Notes: generated by a model not told the origin, from the letters alone. DNA of 64,000 bases from an uncultured Mycoplasmatota bacterium (GCA_900547225.1 URFW01000001.1:49106-113105); one strand, 5' to 3'. Positions 35,267-46,140 are shown, counted from the stretch's first letter. A program made the numbers and translations.

Positions 35267-35851
35267 ATGGATAAACTAAAACATGTAAAGCCTCTTAAAG
35301 AACACGAAAAAGATGCTATTAATTACATAAAAGAATTTTACGAATATAATTCCAATATAAATGGAGCAGGCAGTTTGCATAGATATTTAAATGATTATGA
35401 TGGTTGGTTAAAAAAGCTAGATGATGATAGGAATCGTATTCCAAGTGAAGAAAAAGTTCCTGCTGAAACTTATTTTTTGGTTAGAGAAAGTGATAATAAA
35501 ATAGTTGGAATGATAAACATTAGATTAGTGTTAAATGAAAGATTAAGAAAAGAAGGAGGCCATATAGGCTACGGAATAAGACCTACTGAAAGAAGAAAGG
35601 GTTATAACAAAATTAATCTTTATTTAGGACTAAAATGTTTAAAGAATCATGGTGTTAAAGAGGCGTTTCTGGACTGTGATAAAGATAATTTAGGATCAGC
35701 AAAAACGATTAAGTCTCTTGGAGGAAGACTAATAGGGGAATATTACAATGATGATATAAAATGCATAGTTCAAGATTATTTGATAGATATAGAAAAATCG
35801 TTAAGTAAAAACGAAAAAATATATGAACCTATAATAGATAAGGAAAAATAA
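35267..35851 (+). CDS. GNAT-like acetyltransferase
   Basis: GGHIGYGIRPTERRKGY and SAKTIKSLGG motifs. The second ATG has proper SD spacing. Confidence 0.65.
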   Translation: MDKLKHVKPLKEHEKDAINYIKEFYEYNSNINGAGSLHRYLNDYDGWLKKLDDDRNRIPSEEKVPAETYFLVRESDNKIVGMINIRLVLNERLRKEGGHIGYGIRPTERRKGYNKINLYLGLKCLKNHGVKEAFLDCDKDNLGSAKTIKSLGGRLIGEYYNDDIKCIVQDYLIDIEKSLSKNEKIYEPIIDKEK

Positions 35852-35852
35852 A

Positions 35853-36416
35853 ATGAACATAGTAGAGCAAATAAAAGAGTATGTAAAAGATGAGTGTAAT
35901 AAGCATAAAAAAGAATCTAAAGATGATTATGATTTTTGGAATGAACATATAAAGTATGTGTATGATAAAGCACTTTTGTTAGCAAAAAAATATGACGCTG
36001 ATATAGAAATAGTATCATTAGGCGCACTTCTTCATGATGTAGCATTAATAAAAAAAGTGGGAAAAAGAAGTGATCATCACATAAACGGTGCAAAAATAGC
36101 CGAAGAAATATTAAATAAATATAATTATCCACAGGAAAAGATAAAACGTGTTAAAAACTGTGTACTTCACCACCGAACAAGTTTTGATGCTGAAAATAAA
36201 GAAGAGGTATGTGTATCTGATGCTGACATATTATCTCATTTTGATAACATACCAATGATATTTGATTATGCGTATAAAAACTATGATGTTAATTTAAGTA
36301 ACATAAGAAGTTTTATAAAACGCTATTTTGAAAATGACTATAATGATTTAAGTGATAAAACAAAGGTTATTTTTAAAGAAGAATATGAAAACATAATGAA
36401 TGTATTATTTAAATAA
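35853..36416 (+). CDS. HD-domain phosphohydrolase
   Basis: GALLHDV (HD), plus later HH and D residues (VLHHRTS, SDAD). Confidence 0.8.
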   Translation: MNIVEQIKEYVKDECNKHKKESKDDYDFWNEHIKYVYDKALLLAKKYDADIEIVSLGALLHDVALIKKVGKRSDHHINGAKIAEEILNKYNYPQEKIKRVKNCVLHHRTSFDAENKEEVCVSDADILSHFDNIPMIFDYAYKNYDVNLSNIRSFIKRYFENDYNDLSDKTKVIFKEEYENIMNVLFK

Positions 36417-36432
36417 AAGGAAGTGATTAAAA

Positions 36433-37203
36433 GTGATAAAGTATAGTAATGAAGAAGGCTTTATAAAAGCTGAAAAAATAAAAAGTATTGATGGTAAAAA
36501 TAGAATAGATAGTTTGCCAGAGATAGCTATCGGTGTTTTTTCTCATCATTTATATGAAGATGTTATAAGTAAATTTCCTTGCGAACCAGTTGGCATTTTA
36601 TCAACTGCTAATATGGAGAGAAAAGTATATAAATTAAATTATAAGGGTAAGGAAATAACGTTTTTTATGGCAGGTGTAAGTGCTCCTTGGATAGCAGGAG
36701 ATATAGAAGAGCTTCATGCATCAGGTGTTAATAAGTTTATAATCTTTGGTAATTGTGGTGTTTTAGATTCTAAAATAGAAGATTGTTCTATTATAATACC
36801 AACTAAAGGATTTAGGGATGAAGGAACAAGTTACCATTATATTGAAGATGACAGTGAAATTATAGACATGGATTTAAAGTATAAATATAAATTTATTGAA
36901 ATATTAAATGAATATTACTTTGACCATACACAAGGATATACATGGACAACTGATGCTATATATAGGGAAACTAAAGAGAAGGTTAATTATTATAAGCAAA
37001 AGGGTGCGGTATGTGTAGAAATGGAAGGTACGGCAATAGCGGCGGTATGTAAAAAACTAAATATAGATTATTTTACGTTTTATTATGCAGGAGATAATTT
37101 AGATGCGGCAGTATGGGATGAGCGAAGTTTAAGTGGCCTTGCAAAAATAGATAAGAAAAAAGAGGTTATGACGCTTGCTTTAGAGTTATCTAGAAAAATA
37201 TAA
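36433..37203 (+). CDS. Nucleoside phosphorylase family protein (PNP_UDP_1)
   Basis: GNCGVL and VCVEMEGTAIAAV motifs. GTG start after AAGGAAG. Confidence 0.7.
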   Translation: MIKYSNEEGFIKAEKIKSIDGKNRIDSLPEIAIGVFSHHLYEDVISKFPCEPVGILSTANMERKVYKLNYKGKEITFFMAGVSAPWIAGDIEELHASGVNKFIIFGNCGVLDSKIEDCSIIIPTKGFRDEGTSYHYIEDDSEIIDMDLKYKYKFIEILNEYYFDHTQGYTWTTDAIYRETKEKVNYYKQKGAVCVEMEGTAIAAVCKKLNIDYFTFYYAGDNLDAAVWDERSLSGLAKIDKKKEVMTLALELSRKI

Positions 37204-37225
37204 AAAGTGGAGGAAGTGATAATTT

Positions 37226-38206
37226 ATGACTAAAATAATAGAAATTAAACACCTATCTAAAACGTTTAAAATAAAAGAAAAAGAAAAGGGATTTAAAGGA
37301 AGTTTAAAATCTATAATTAAACCAAAATACAGGTTGAAAAAGGCAGTTAACAATATTAATTTGTCAATTGATAAAGGAGAAATTATAGCATTTATAGGAC
37401 CTAATGGAGCAGGTAAGTCAACAACTATAAAGATGCTAACTGGTATACTTTGCCCAAGCAGTGGAGGGGCAATAGTCTCAGGAATCAATCCTGCTAAACA
37501 AAGAAAAAAATTAGCATACAAGATAGGAACGGTATTTGGACAAAAAGAGCAATTATGGACTCATTTAACTCCTTATGATAATTTTAAATTTTTTGGAGCG
37601 ATATACGATTTAAAGGACTATGAAATAGAAAAAAGAATAAAAGAGTTAAATGATACTTTAGAGCTTAATGATTTTATAAATACACCAGTTAGAAACCTAT
37701 CATTAGGTCAAAGAATACGTTGTGAAATAGCAGCTAGCTTAATTCATAAACCAGAAATATTATTTTTGGATGAACCAACAATAGGTCTTGATCCTGTTGT
37801 AAAGGAAAATATAAGGGTTTTAATTAAGCGAATGAACAAAGAATTTGGAACAACCATATTTTTAACAAGTCATGATGTTGGTGATATAGAAAAACTTTGT
37901 AAACGTGTAATTATTATAAACGATGGAAAAGTTGTACTTGATGATTCTATGTCAAATTTAAAGTATAATTATTTAAATAAAAAAATAATTGAAGTTAAAA
38001 TGAAAGAAAAAGTTAATTTAAGTGATGAAGATGGTATAACTGTTTTAAAAGATAAAGGCTATAGCCTAAAACTTTCAATTGATGTATCTAAAAAGAGTGT
38101 TTCAGACGTAATAAAAATGTTAGATACAGATAAAATAATTGATATTAATATATCTAATGAGCCACTAGAAAACATAATTGCAAATATATATAAAGGTAGT
38201 AAATGA
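37226..38206 (+). CDS. ABC transporter ATP-binding protein
   Basis: Walker A GPNGAGKST, signature LSLGQR, Walker B LFLDEPT. Confidence 0.9.
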   Translation: MTKIIEIKHLSKTFKIKEKEKGFKGSLKSIIKPKYRLKKAVNNINLSIDKGEIIAFIGPNGAGKSTTIKMLTGILCPSSGGAIVSGINPAKQRKKLAYKIGTVFGQKEQLWTHLTPYDNFKFFGAIYDLKDYEIEKRIKELNDTLELNDFINTPVRNLSLGQRIRCEIAASLIHKPEILFLDEPTIGLDPVVKENIRVLIKRMNKEFGTTIFLTSHDVGDIEKLCKRVIIINDGKVVLDDSMSNLKYNYLNKKIIEVKMKEKVNLSDEDGITVLKDKGYSLKLSIDVSKKSVSDVIKMLDTDKIIDINISNEPLENIIANIYKGSK

Positions 38207-39000
38207 TGAGAAAATATGTTGAAGTATATAAAGCAACATTAATAGAAGAATTACAGTATGCTAAAGGGTTTTTACTTAACTTTATAGGTACTTTAATTCA
38301 TATATTTATATTTTTTGCATTATGGAAATACTTATATTCTAGTGGGGATAAATCTATAATTAATGGTTATACTTTAGTTCAAATGATTTGGTATGTTACT
38401 TTTACCGAGTTTTTAACTAGTTTTTCATCAAGTAATATCTTAAGAAAAACACCAACTAATGACATAGTAAGTGGTAATATAGCCTATGCATTAAATAAGC
38501 CTTATGATTACACAGGTTATATATTTGCAAGATTTTTTGCAGAATCAACAATAAAGGGAATAGTTAACTTAATATGTTCTATAATATTAGGTTTAATTTT
38601 AATAGGGCCAATAAAAACGTTTGATATAAGATTTTTGCCATTTATGATAATAAGTATTATCTTGGCTATAATAGTTGCGGCCTTGATAAGATTAATAATT
38701 AGTTATTTATCTTTTTGGGTGGAAAATTCAGAACCTTTTCAGTGGCTTTTTAAAACGATTTTCTTAATATTCGGTGTTACTTTTCCACTTGAGATGTTTC
38801 CTATGTATATAAGACCAATAATTAGATATTCTCCCGTTTATGCAGCTCTATCAGGTCCTGTTAAAATGATAATTAATTTTAACATAAACGAGTATTTAGG
38901 AGTTATCTTATCTCAATTATTTTACATAGTACTTCTTATTATAATATTAAAATTTGAATATAAGAAAGGAGCTAGAAAGTTAAATGTTAACGGAGGTTAA
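38203..39000 (+). CDS. ABC-2 family permease
   Basis: Six-TM profile. The ATGA start overlaps the ATPase gene. Confidence 0.65.
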   Translation: MMRKYVEVYKATLIEELQYAKGFLLNFIGTLIHIFIFFALWKYLYSSGDKSIINGYTLVQMIWYVTFTEFLTSFSSSNILRKTPTNDIVSGNIAYALNKPYDYTGYIFARFFAESTIKGIVNLICSIILGLILIGPIKTFDIRFLPFMIISIILAIIVAALIRLIISYLSFWVENSEPFQWLFKTIFLIFGVTFPLEMFPMYIRPIIRYSPVYAALSGPVKMIINFNINEYLGVILSQLFYIVLLIIILKFEYKKGARKLNVNGG

Positions 39001-39775
39001 AAATCAATTAAAAGTAAGTTTTCTATCCATTAAATATAGTGCTATAAGGGCAATGACAAATAAAAAGTCATTCTTATTTAGTGTCTTGTTAATGTTTGTA
39101 TCTAATGCTTCCTTTTTGGTACAATGGACAGTTATTTTATCAGTGTCTAGTAGCAGTGATTTATCTATGAAAGAAATATTAATGGTGTGGGGTTTTGCAG
39201 CGACTTCGTTTGGACTTGCCAACATAATATTTGGCGGAGCTATGTTTATTCCATATTATGTAGAAGATGGAAAGCTTGATGCATATTTGGTTCAACCTAA
39301 AAGCGTTTTGCTAAACATTTTAAACTCGCATTGTTCGATGAGTGCTTTTGGAGATTTGATATATGGTTATTTAGTTATTCTTATTGCATCACCTTCTATT
39401 AAAACGTTTATATATTTAACGTTATTTAGCGTTTGTGGTGCGATAACATATACTTCATTTATAGTTATTTTATATTCCTTGTTATTTTTTAGTTTGAATT
39501 TTAGAGAACTTTCTGATACTTTAATTAGGGTTCCGACATCATTTTCAACCTATCCAGAAGGAATATTTAAAGGTTTTATAAAAATACTTTTATATACCGT
39601 ATTTCCAGTAGCATTAATCGTTTATTTGCCAGTAAGAAGTCTTCTTACTAATAATCCTTTAATATTACTTATAGTAGGATTTTTAACAGTGATAATATCA
39701 TTGTTCTCGTTTTTAATATTTAATTTAGGATTGAAAAAATATTCATCAACAAATCTAATGGGTTCAAGAACGTAA
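38984..39775 (+). CDS. ABC-2 family permease (second subunit)
   Basis: Polytopic. Overlaps the preceding permease by 17 nt. Confidence 0.65.
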   Translation: MLTEVKNQLKVSFLSIKYSAIRAMTNKKSFLFSVLLMFVSNASFLVQWTVILSVSSSSDLSMKEILMVWGFAATSFGLANIIFGGAMFIPYYVEDGKLDAYLVQPKSVLLNILNSHCSMSAFGDLIYGYLVILIASPSIKTFIYLTLFSVCGAITYTSFIVILYSLLFFSLNFRELSDTLIRVPTSFSTYPEGIFKGFIKILLYTVFPVALIVYLPVRSLLTNNPLILLIVGFLTVIISLFSFLIFNLGLKKYSSTNLMGSRT

Positions 39776-39919
39776 GACATAAATATTAAACTTATATTTA
39801 TGTCTTATTTTATGCCATAAAATAAGGCTTTTTAAGTCTTTACAATTTTATTTTTCTAATTAAAGTGGAAATAATGCATAATTTATAGTATAATAATTAT
39901 CGTATGAGAGGTGAGGATA

Positions 39920-40390
39920 ATGCTACCAAAAATAAAAAGATTTGTAAGGAATAATAAAAAGCAGGTTAAAACAGGACTTTTAGTTTTATTAGTTATAATT
40001 ATTTTACTTGTACTATACAAATCGTTATTTTATTCGAGTTCAGAAAAATCAGTTTATGGAGTTAGAATAAGAGACATAAATAATCACGAATTTACTGTTT
40101 CCGAAAAGAAAGATGTGCAAGATAAAGTATCTTCAATTGATGGAGTTGAGGAATCAGAAGTAGTAATAAAGGGAAGATTAATTAAGTTTTTTGTTACGTT
40201 TAAGGAAGGTGTATCAACTGATGATATGAAAGCTAAATTTAGTGAAATTTTAAATTACTTAAGTGATGATACAAAAACTTATTATGACTTAGAGTTTTAT
40301 TCAAAGCAAATGCAAGGTGATACTATGAAGTATCCAGTTACAGGATATAAGCATAAGAGTAAAACTGAAATTACATTTGATGTTTTATAA
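39920..40390 (+). CDS. Membrane-anchored hypothetical protein
   Basis: ATG 39920 follows GAGAGGTGAGG. Single N-terminal TM. Confidence 0.45.
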   Translation: MLPKIKRFVRNNKKQVKTGLLVLLVIIILLVLYKSLFYSSSEKSVYGVRIRDINNHEFTVSEKKDVQDKVSSIDGVEESEVVIKGRLIKFFVTFKEGVSTDDMKAKFSEILNYLSDDTKTYYDLEFYSKQMQGDTMKYPVTGYKHKSKTEITFDVL

Positions 40391-40402
40391 GAGGTGGTAG
40401 AA

Positions 40403-42466
40403 ATGAAAAAGAAAAAAAATAATAATTGGATAGTAGGGTTATTCATTCTTGTATTAGTTGGAATTTTAGTTTTATTGATAAATTTTAGTAAAGGCCCAGA
40501 AAACGATTCAAAACTTAATTTGACAGAAAAGAAATGGATAGAAAATAATAAAAAAGAAGTTATAAATATTTCAGTTGCAAATAACATACCAGTATTTAGT
40601 AGTGATGGGGAAGGTGTATTTTTTGACTTTGCATCTAAGTTTGAAGAACAAACTGAATTGTCATTAAACTTAATATCTTATGATGCATCAAGTGATACTG
40701 AAGAAAATGATTTATATTTTGAGGTAGTTAAACAAGATGATTATAAAACAGTAAAAGATAGCGATATGGTATTTTATAAGGACTATTATGTATTAATTTC
40801 AAAAGATAGTGAAAAGATAACGGCTCCTTATGAAATAAGAAATAAAAATATAGGAGTATTATCTAATGATTTAGCAAATGTAAGTTATTACATTTCATCT
40901 GATAATGGTGTTACATATAAGCCTTATCAAAATGTTTTAGAATTACAAAACGCTTTAAAAAATGGCGATGTTAACTATATAGCAGCACCTAAAACAAGGT
41001 TTGAATCATTCATTTTAGAAAATAAATATCACATTGTATATAACATTACTGAAATGAAAGAAGCCTATGTTTTAAAAACATCTAAAGATATTAATAAGCA
41101 TTTAGCTAGCATAGTTAGAAAAAAATACTTAGATTATAAGACAAACAAATTAGAAAAAAAATATAATGAATCATTGATGGATCTATTATTAGAAAAAAAT
41201 AATATTTCAGAAAAATCAAAGGCAGACTTCCTAAGTAAGAGATATGTATTTGGATACTTGGAAAATGAACCTTACACAAATACTATTAATAACAAATTAA
41301 TTGGATTAGATAGTACTTATATTAATTCATTTAGTGATATTACGGGAGCATCATTTACCCTTAAGAAATATCATTCAGTTAAGGATTTAAAAAATGATTT
41401 AAATAGTGGAAAGGTTGATATAGCACCTAACTACTATAATTACTCAGGATTAAGTGGTAAATATGTAACAACTATTTCACCATATGATGAACAGTATGTT
41501 GTTTTAATGCATAAAAATAAAACAGATATTGTTGTTAATTCTGTTAAATCTTTAAAAGACAAGGAAGTTATAACAACTAACTCAACGCTTGCAAAGTATT
41601 TAGAAAAAAATGCAAAAGCTAAAGTAACAGCATATGATAAAGTAAGTACTTTAATAAGTAAGATTAAAAAAGATAGCATTGTTGTTTTAGACCAAAGTGT
41701 ATATGAGATGTATAAAGATAGTAAGCTATCTGATTACCGAGTTATATATAATGATAAAGAAAACTTAGAATATGGATATATGATAAGTGATACTTCAGAA
41801 AACGGAACGTTTAAATCATTATTTACATCTTATATGGAAACAATTAATTACAAACAAATGTATAACGTAGCTTGGAAGGAATACTCAAAGGATTCTAAGG
41901 AAGTAAGTTATGGTTTCGTATATGTTATTATTGCAGTACTTATATTATTCGTATTATATCTATTATTAAGAAATAAAATAAAAATAAAGAAGAAAAATAA
42001 ACGTGAAGAAACAATTAGATACATTGATCCACTTACTTCACTTAAGAATCGTAACTATTTAAATAAGAACTTTAAACGTTGGGGTAATAATGCAATTTAT
42101 CCTCAATCTATAATAGTTGTTAATCTAAATAACTTACGTCATGTAAATGATGTATATGGTCATGAAGAGGGAGATAAGTTAATTAAACTTGCTGCCAATA
42201 TTCTAATTAGAAATCAACTAGAGCAAAGTGATATAATAAGAACTGATGGTAATGAATACTTAATTTATATGGTTGGTTATGAAAAGAATAAGGTTGTATC
42301 TTACATGAGAAAGTTATATAAGGAACTTAAAGAATTACCATATGGTTATGGAGCTACTTTAGGATATAGTATGATTGAAGATGATATAAAAACAATCGAT
42401 GATGCTATAAATGAAGCAGTTCTAGAAATAAGAGCTAATAAAGAGATGTCTGGTAAGAATAAATAG
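40403..42466 (+). CDS. Membrane protein with two extracytoplasmic solute-binding-like domains and a C-terminal degenerate GGDEF domain
   Basis: N-terminal TM, a long external region and a second TM, then DPLTSLKNRNYL...VNDVYGHEEGDKLIK...RTDGNEY (42239-42259) in place of RxGGDEF. Confidence 0.75.
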   Translation: MKKKKNNNWIVGLFILVLVGILVLLINFSKGPENDSKLNLTEKKWIENNKKEVINISVANNIPVFSSDGEGVFFDFASKFEEQTELSLNLISYDASSDTEENDLYFEVVKQDDYKTVKDSDMVFYKDYYVLISKDSEKITAPYEIRNKNIGVLSNDLANVSYYISSDNGVTYKPYQNVLELQNALKNGDVNYIAAPKTRFESFILENKYHIVYNITEMKEAYVLKTSKDINKHLASIVRKKYLDYKTNKLEKKYNESLMDLLLEKNNISEKSKADFLSKRYVFGYLENEPYTNTINNKLIGLDSTYINSFSDITGASFTLKKYHSVKDLKNDLNSGKVDIAPNYYNYSGLSGKYVTTISPYDEQYVVLMHKNKTDIVVNSVKSLKDKEVITTNSTLAKYLEKNAKAKVTAYDKVSTLISKIKKDSIVVLDQSVYEMYKDSKLSDYRVIYNDKENLEYGYMISDTSENGTFKSLFTSYMETINYKQMYNVAWKEYSKDSKEVSYGFVYVIIAVLILFVLYLLLRNKIKIKKKNKREETIRYIDPLTSLKNRNYLNKNFKRWGNNAIYPQSIIVVNLNNLRHVNDVYGHEEGDKLIKLAANILIRNQLEQSDIIRTDGNEYLIYMVGYEKNKVVSYMRKLYKELKELPYGYGATLGYSMIEDDIKTIDDAINEAVLEIRANKEMSGKNK

Positions 42467-42473
42467 GTGACTT

Positions 42474-43322
42474 ATGAAAAGGAAAAAGGAAAAAATAAAG
42501 GGGTCTATAAAAGAAAATATTTCTCTTATGAGTACTCCTTTAATGTCAATATTGCCTGGTCAAATATCATTTTTTGTATTATTATCCATAATCCCATTAA
42601 TAAGTTTATTAGTTATGTTTGCATCAAAACTATCACTTAGTTTTGATTCAGTAACAAACTTTATTACTCATTATGTACCAACTGGGGTTTCAGGATTAAT
42701 AATTTCCATATTTGAACAGCAAAAAGTTGGAACACTTGATATATTATTTATAATAACAGCGTTTTATATAGCAGCTAAAGCAACTCATTCAATAATAATT
42801 GCATCAACACAGATATATGGTGGAAAGCAAAGAAATTTTGTTAGAACCAGAGTAAAAGCTATAATAATGCTTATAATACTAATATTTTTAGTTTTATCAA
42901 TTGTTGGTATTTTATCTGTTGGAAGTAGAATTGTAAATTATATAACAGAGGTAAATGGTACTATATCTCCTTATACATCAATTTTCTACGACATTATTAA
43001 ATGGCCTTTTGTATTCTTTATGATATTTATAGCAATAAAAGTAATATATACAATAGCGCCTAATGTTACAATTCCAAGTAAAAGTGTTAATAAAGGAGCT
43101 TTATTTACTACAATTATATGGGGTGCAACAACGTTTATTTACTCATTTTATGTTACTCATTTAGCAAATTATTCAAAGTTTTATGGTAACTTATCTAACT
43201 TAATAATATTAATGATTTGGATATACTGGATGAGTTATATATTCGTTTTAGGAATGACAATAAATAATTATAAATTAAATGAAGAATTAGAAAAAACTTC
43301 TAAAATAAAAAGTCTTGATTAA
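42474..43322 (+). CDS. YihY/BrkB family membrane protein
   Basis: Six-TM profile with the typical YihY N-terminus (PLMSILPGQISFFVLLSIIPL). Confidence 0.7.
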   Translation: MKRKKEKIKGSIKENISLMSTPLMSILPGQISFFVLLSIIPLISLLVMFASKLSLSFDSVTNFITHYVPTGVSGLIISIFEQQKVGTLDILFIITAFYIAAKATHSIIIASTQIYGGKQRNFVRTRVKAIIMLIILIFLVLSIVGILSVGSRIVNYITEVNGTISPYTSIFYDIIKWPFVFFMIFIAIKVIYTIAPNVTIPSKSVNKGALFTTIIWGATTFIYSFYVTHLANYSKFYGNLSNLIILMIWIYWMSYIFVLGMTINNYKLNEELEKTSKIKSLD

Positions 43323-43378
43323 AAAAGACTTTTTTTATGTTATAATTGTATTGTTAAAAATATGTTTAGGAGGTTATT

Positions 43379-45457
43379 ATGAAAGATAAAATACAAAACT
43401 TTTTAAAACAGACATATTTAAAAATAAAAACAAGAGTAAAAGAAATAAGTTTAATAAGATACATAAAAACTAATGTACTTTTTATAACTTTTGTTTTAAT
43501 AAACCTTATTAACTCTTGGTTACTAAGAATAGTTACAATGGGAAATTTATTTAGTTTTAAAGGAATTATATCAGATTTAGCATTTATACTAATTACTGGT
43601 TCATTTGCATATCTTTTAAAACCAAAGAAACAAATAAGAGTATTAATGCCACTTACGATAGTTATGACGGCAGCTTGTATTATAAATGCTGTATATTATG
43701 AGAATTATGTTTCGTTTGCATCATTTTCACTTTTATCAACAGCATCATTCTTAGGAGATATGAATGGGGATATTGTAACGGGATTAATTCATCTTAAAGA
43801 TGTTATATTAATATTTCCTGTAATAGCACTTCCAGTCGTTCACGTTATCTTAAAAAAGAAAAAGTATTATCCTAAAGTAGAAAAACTTGAAAGACCTAAA
43901 AAAAGATTTTTAAACACCGTAATTTTGGGTGCAGTAATGACATTTTTTACCATTACAATGATGAGTGGATCTGATTATAGTAGGTTAAAAAAACAATGGA
44001 ATAGAGAGTACTTAGTTCAAAGATTTGGTATCTATGTATATCAATTAAATGATGCAATTAAAAGTACTCAGTCTAAGTTTACTAGTATGTTTGGTTATGA
44101 TAGTGCATCTAAAACGGTTAGGGAATTTTATGATGAAAAGAAAAAGACTGATACCGTAAATGATAAAACGAATGAATATAAGAACATATTTGAAGGTAAA
44201 AACATAATTGTTATTCACGCTGAAAGTATGATGACTCAAAATATGACGCTATCATTTAATAATCAGGAGTTAACACCAAACTTAAATAAATTAGCAAGTG
44301 AGGGATTATTCTTCTCAAATTACTATCCACAAGTAAGTGTTGGAACGTCAAGTGATACAGAATTTACCTTTAATACCTCACTTCTTCCAGCGTCAACTGG
44401 TACGGTATTTGTTAACTACTGGAAAAGAACTTATGAAGCGATGCCTAACATATTTAAAAATAAAGGTTATTATACTGCTAGTATGCATGCTAATAACGCA
44501 TCCTTCTGGAATAGAAACGTTATGCATCAAACACTTGGATATGATAAGTTTTATGCAAAAGACTCATTTGATTATTCTAACTCAGATGATATTATGGGAA
44601 TGGGATTATCAGATAAAGCATTCTTTAAACAAGCTACAAATAAAATAAAGAAAATAAGTGAAAAAAATAATAATTACTTTGTAACTTTAATTACTTTATC
44701 AAATCATACTCCTTGGGAAGATGAAGATAAATATGGCGATTACACAGTTGATTATAAATATACTGAAACAGATTCTAATGGAAATACTGTGGAAAAAAGT
44801 TTACCTTACCTAGAAGGGTCTGAGCTTGGTAGATATTATAAATCAGTTCACTATGCAGACTCTGCAATTGGAGAGCTTATAAACGAATTAGATAGTGAAG
44901 GATTATTAGAAAATACGGTTATTGCTATATATGGAGACCATGATGCTAAAATATCTAAAAAACAATATAAACATTTCTATAACTATGATTTTGAGGCTAG
45001 TAAAGCATCTGGTGAAAATGAATACTATGACAGTTCTAATGAAAATTATGTTGATGTAGATTATTATAACTATGAATTAAATAGAAAGGTACCATTTATT
45101 ATTTGGACGAAAAATAGTAGTGGTAATAAATTACTAAATAAAAAGATAGATAAAGTAATGGGTATGTATGATGCAATGCCAACTCTTGCTAATATGTTTA
45201 ACTTTAATTATAAGTATGCACTAGGCCATGATATATTTAATACTGATAATAATATCGTTGTATTTCCTAATGGTAACTGGGTAACTGATAAAATGTATTA
45301 TAATGCACAAAAGGAAGAATACTTACTATTAAAAAATAGTGTTGTAAACGATGATGAGATAGAAAAGAATAAAGAGTATGCTAATAAATTATTAGAAGTT
45401 TCTGATTCGATTATTGTTTATGATTTAGAAGCAGGAGGTAATAATGAAAAAAAGTAA
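43379..45457 (+). CDS. ltaS: LtaS-family lipoteichoic acid synthase (sulfatase domain)
   Basis: Five N-terminal TMs plus an extracellular sulfatase domain (IVIHAESM...GTSSDTEF...SNHTPW...GDHD). Confidence 0.85.
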   Translation: MKDKIQNFLKQTYLKIKTRVKEISLIRYIKTNVLFITFVLINLINSWLLRIVTMGNLFSFKGIISDLAFILITGSFAYLLKPKKQIRVLMPLTIVMTAACIINAVYYENYVSFASFSLLSTASFLGDMNGDIVTGLIHLKDVILIFPVIALPVVHVILKKKKYYPKVEKLERPKKRFLNTVILGAVMTFFTITMMSGSDYSRLKKQWNREYLVQRFGIYVYQLNDAIKSTQSKFTSMFGYDSASKTVREFYDEKKKTDTVNDKTNEYKNIFEGKNIIVIHAESMMTQNMTLSFNNQELTPNLNKLASEGLFFSNYYPQVSVGTSSDTEFTFNTSLLPASTGTVFVNYWKRTYEAMPNIFKNKGYYTASMHANNASFWNRNVMHQTLGYDKFYAKDSFDYSNSDDIMGMGLSDKAFFKQATNKIKKISEKNNNYFVTLITLSNHTPWEDEDKYGDYTVDYKYTETDSNGNTVEKSLPYLEGSELGRYYKSVHYADSAIGELINELDSEGLLENTVIAIYGDHDAKISKKQYKHFYNYDFEASKASGENEYYDSSNENYVDVDYYNYELNRKVPFIIWTKNSSGNKLLNKKIDKVMGMYDAMPTLANMFNFNYKYALGHDIFNTDNNIVVFPNGNWVTDKMYYNAQKEEYLLLKNSVVNDDEIEKNKEYANKLLEVSDSIIVYDLEAGGNNEKK

Positions 45458-46121
45458 AAAGATATTAATTACCCTTATAGTACTAGTATTACTTTTAATT
45501 ATAGGAATGCTAGTTTATATGTTTTTCTTTAAAACTGATGAAAATGAAGTAAAAGTAATTAAAACAATATCTAAGTATGGATATACTTTAGATGAAAATG
45601 AAACTGCGCTTTATAAAGAAGAATTTGAAAAGTTAGATAAAGTTTTATCAGCTAAAGACGTAAATTATGAAGATTATGCTAAAGAAATATCAAAATTATT
45701 TATAATTGATTTTTATACCCTAAGTAATAAGTTATCTAAAAATGATATTGGTGGAACGCAGTTTATCAAGGAAGATATGAGAGATAACTTTATTGATCAA
45801 GCAAGAAGTACGTTTTATAAGTACGTAGAAGTTAAGTCAGATAAAAGAACTCAAAAACTTCCAGAAGTAAGTTTAATAGATGATGTTAAGGTAGAAAATA
45901 CTACGTTTGTTATTAAAGATACTAAAACAACAACTACAACTACTACTAAACGTAGAAGTTATAAGAAAACTGCTACTACAACTGTAAGCGGAACAACAGT
46001 AGATGCTTATAAAGTAACTATCTCTTGGGATTATAAAGAAGATTTAGGCTATGAAAAAGAAGCTAAAATGATTATTATTAAAGATGATAATAATAAGTTA
46101 TATATAGTAGAGATGGATTAA
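45444..46121 (+). CDS. Membrane-anchored extracytoplasmic hypothetical protein
   Basis: N-terminal TM and a Thr-run (KTTTTTTTKRR). Overlaps the ltaS end by 14 nt. Confidence 0.5.
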   Translation: MKKSKKILITLIVLVLLLIIGMLVYMFFFKTDENEVKVIKTISKYGYTLDENETALYKEEFEKLDKVLSAKDVNYEDYAKEISKLFIIDFYTLSNKLSKNDIGGTQFIKEDMRDNFIDQARSTFYKYVEVKSDKRTQKLPEVSLIDDVKVENTTFVIKDTKTTTTTTTKRRSYKKTATTTVSGTTVDAYKVTISWDYKEDLGYEKEAKMIIIKDDNNKLYIVEMD

Positions 46122-46140
46122 TCAAAAAACAAGCTTTAAT

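Noticed and set aside
45900-45990. The ACA/ACT-rich stretch encoding the Thr-run (KTTTTTTTKRR...TATTT), considered as a possible phase-variable repeat.
   Set aside because: The codons are mixed (ACA, ACT) rather than a perfect homopolymer or microsatellite. It is more likely a flexible linker.
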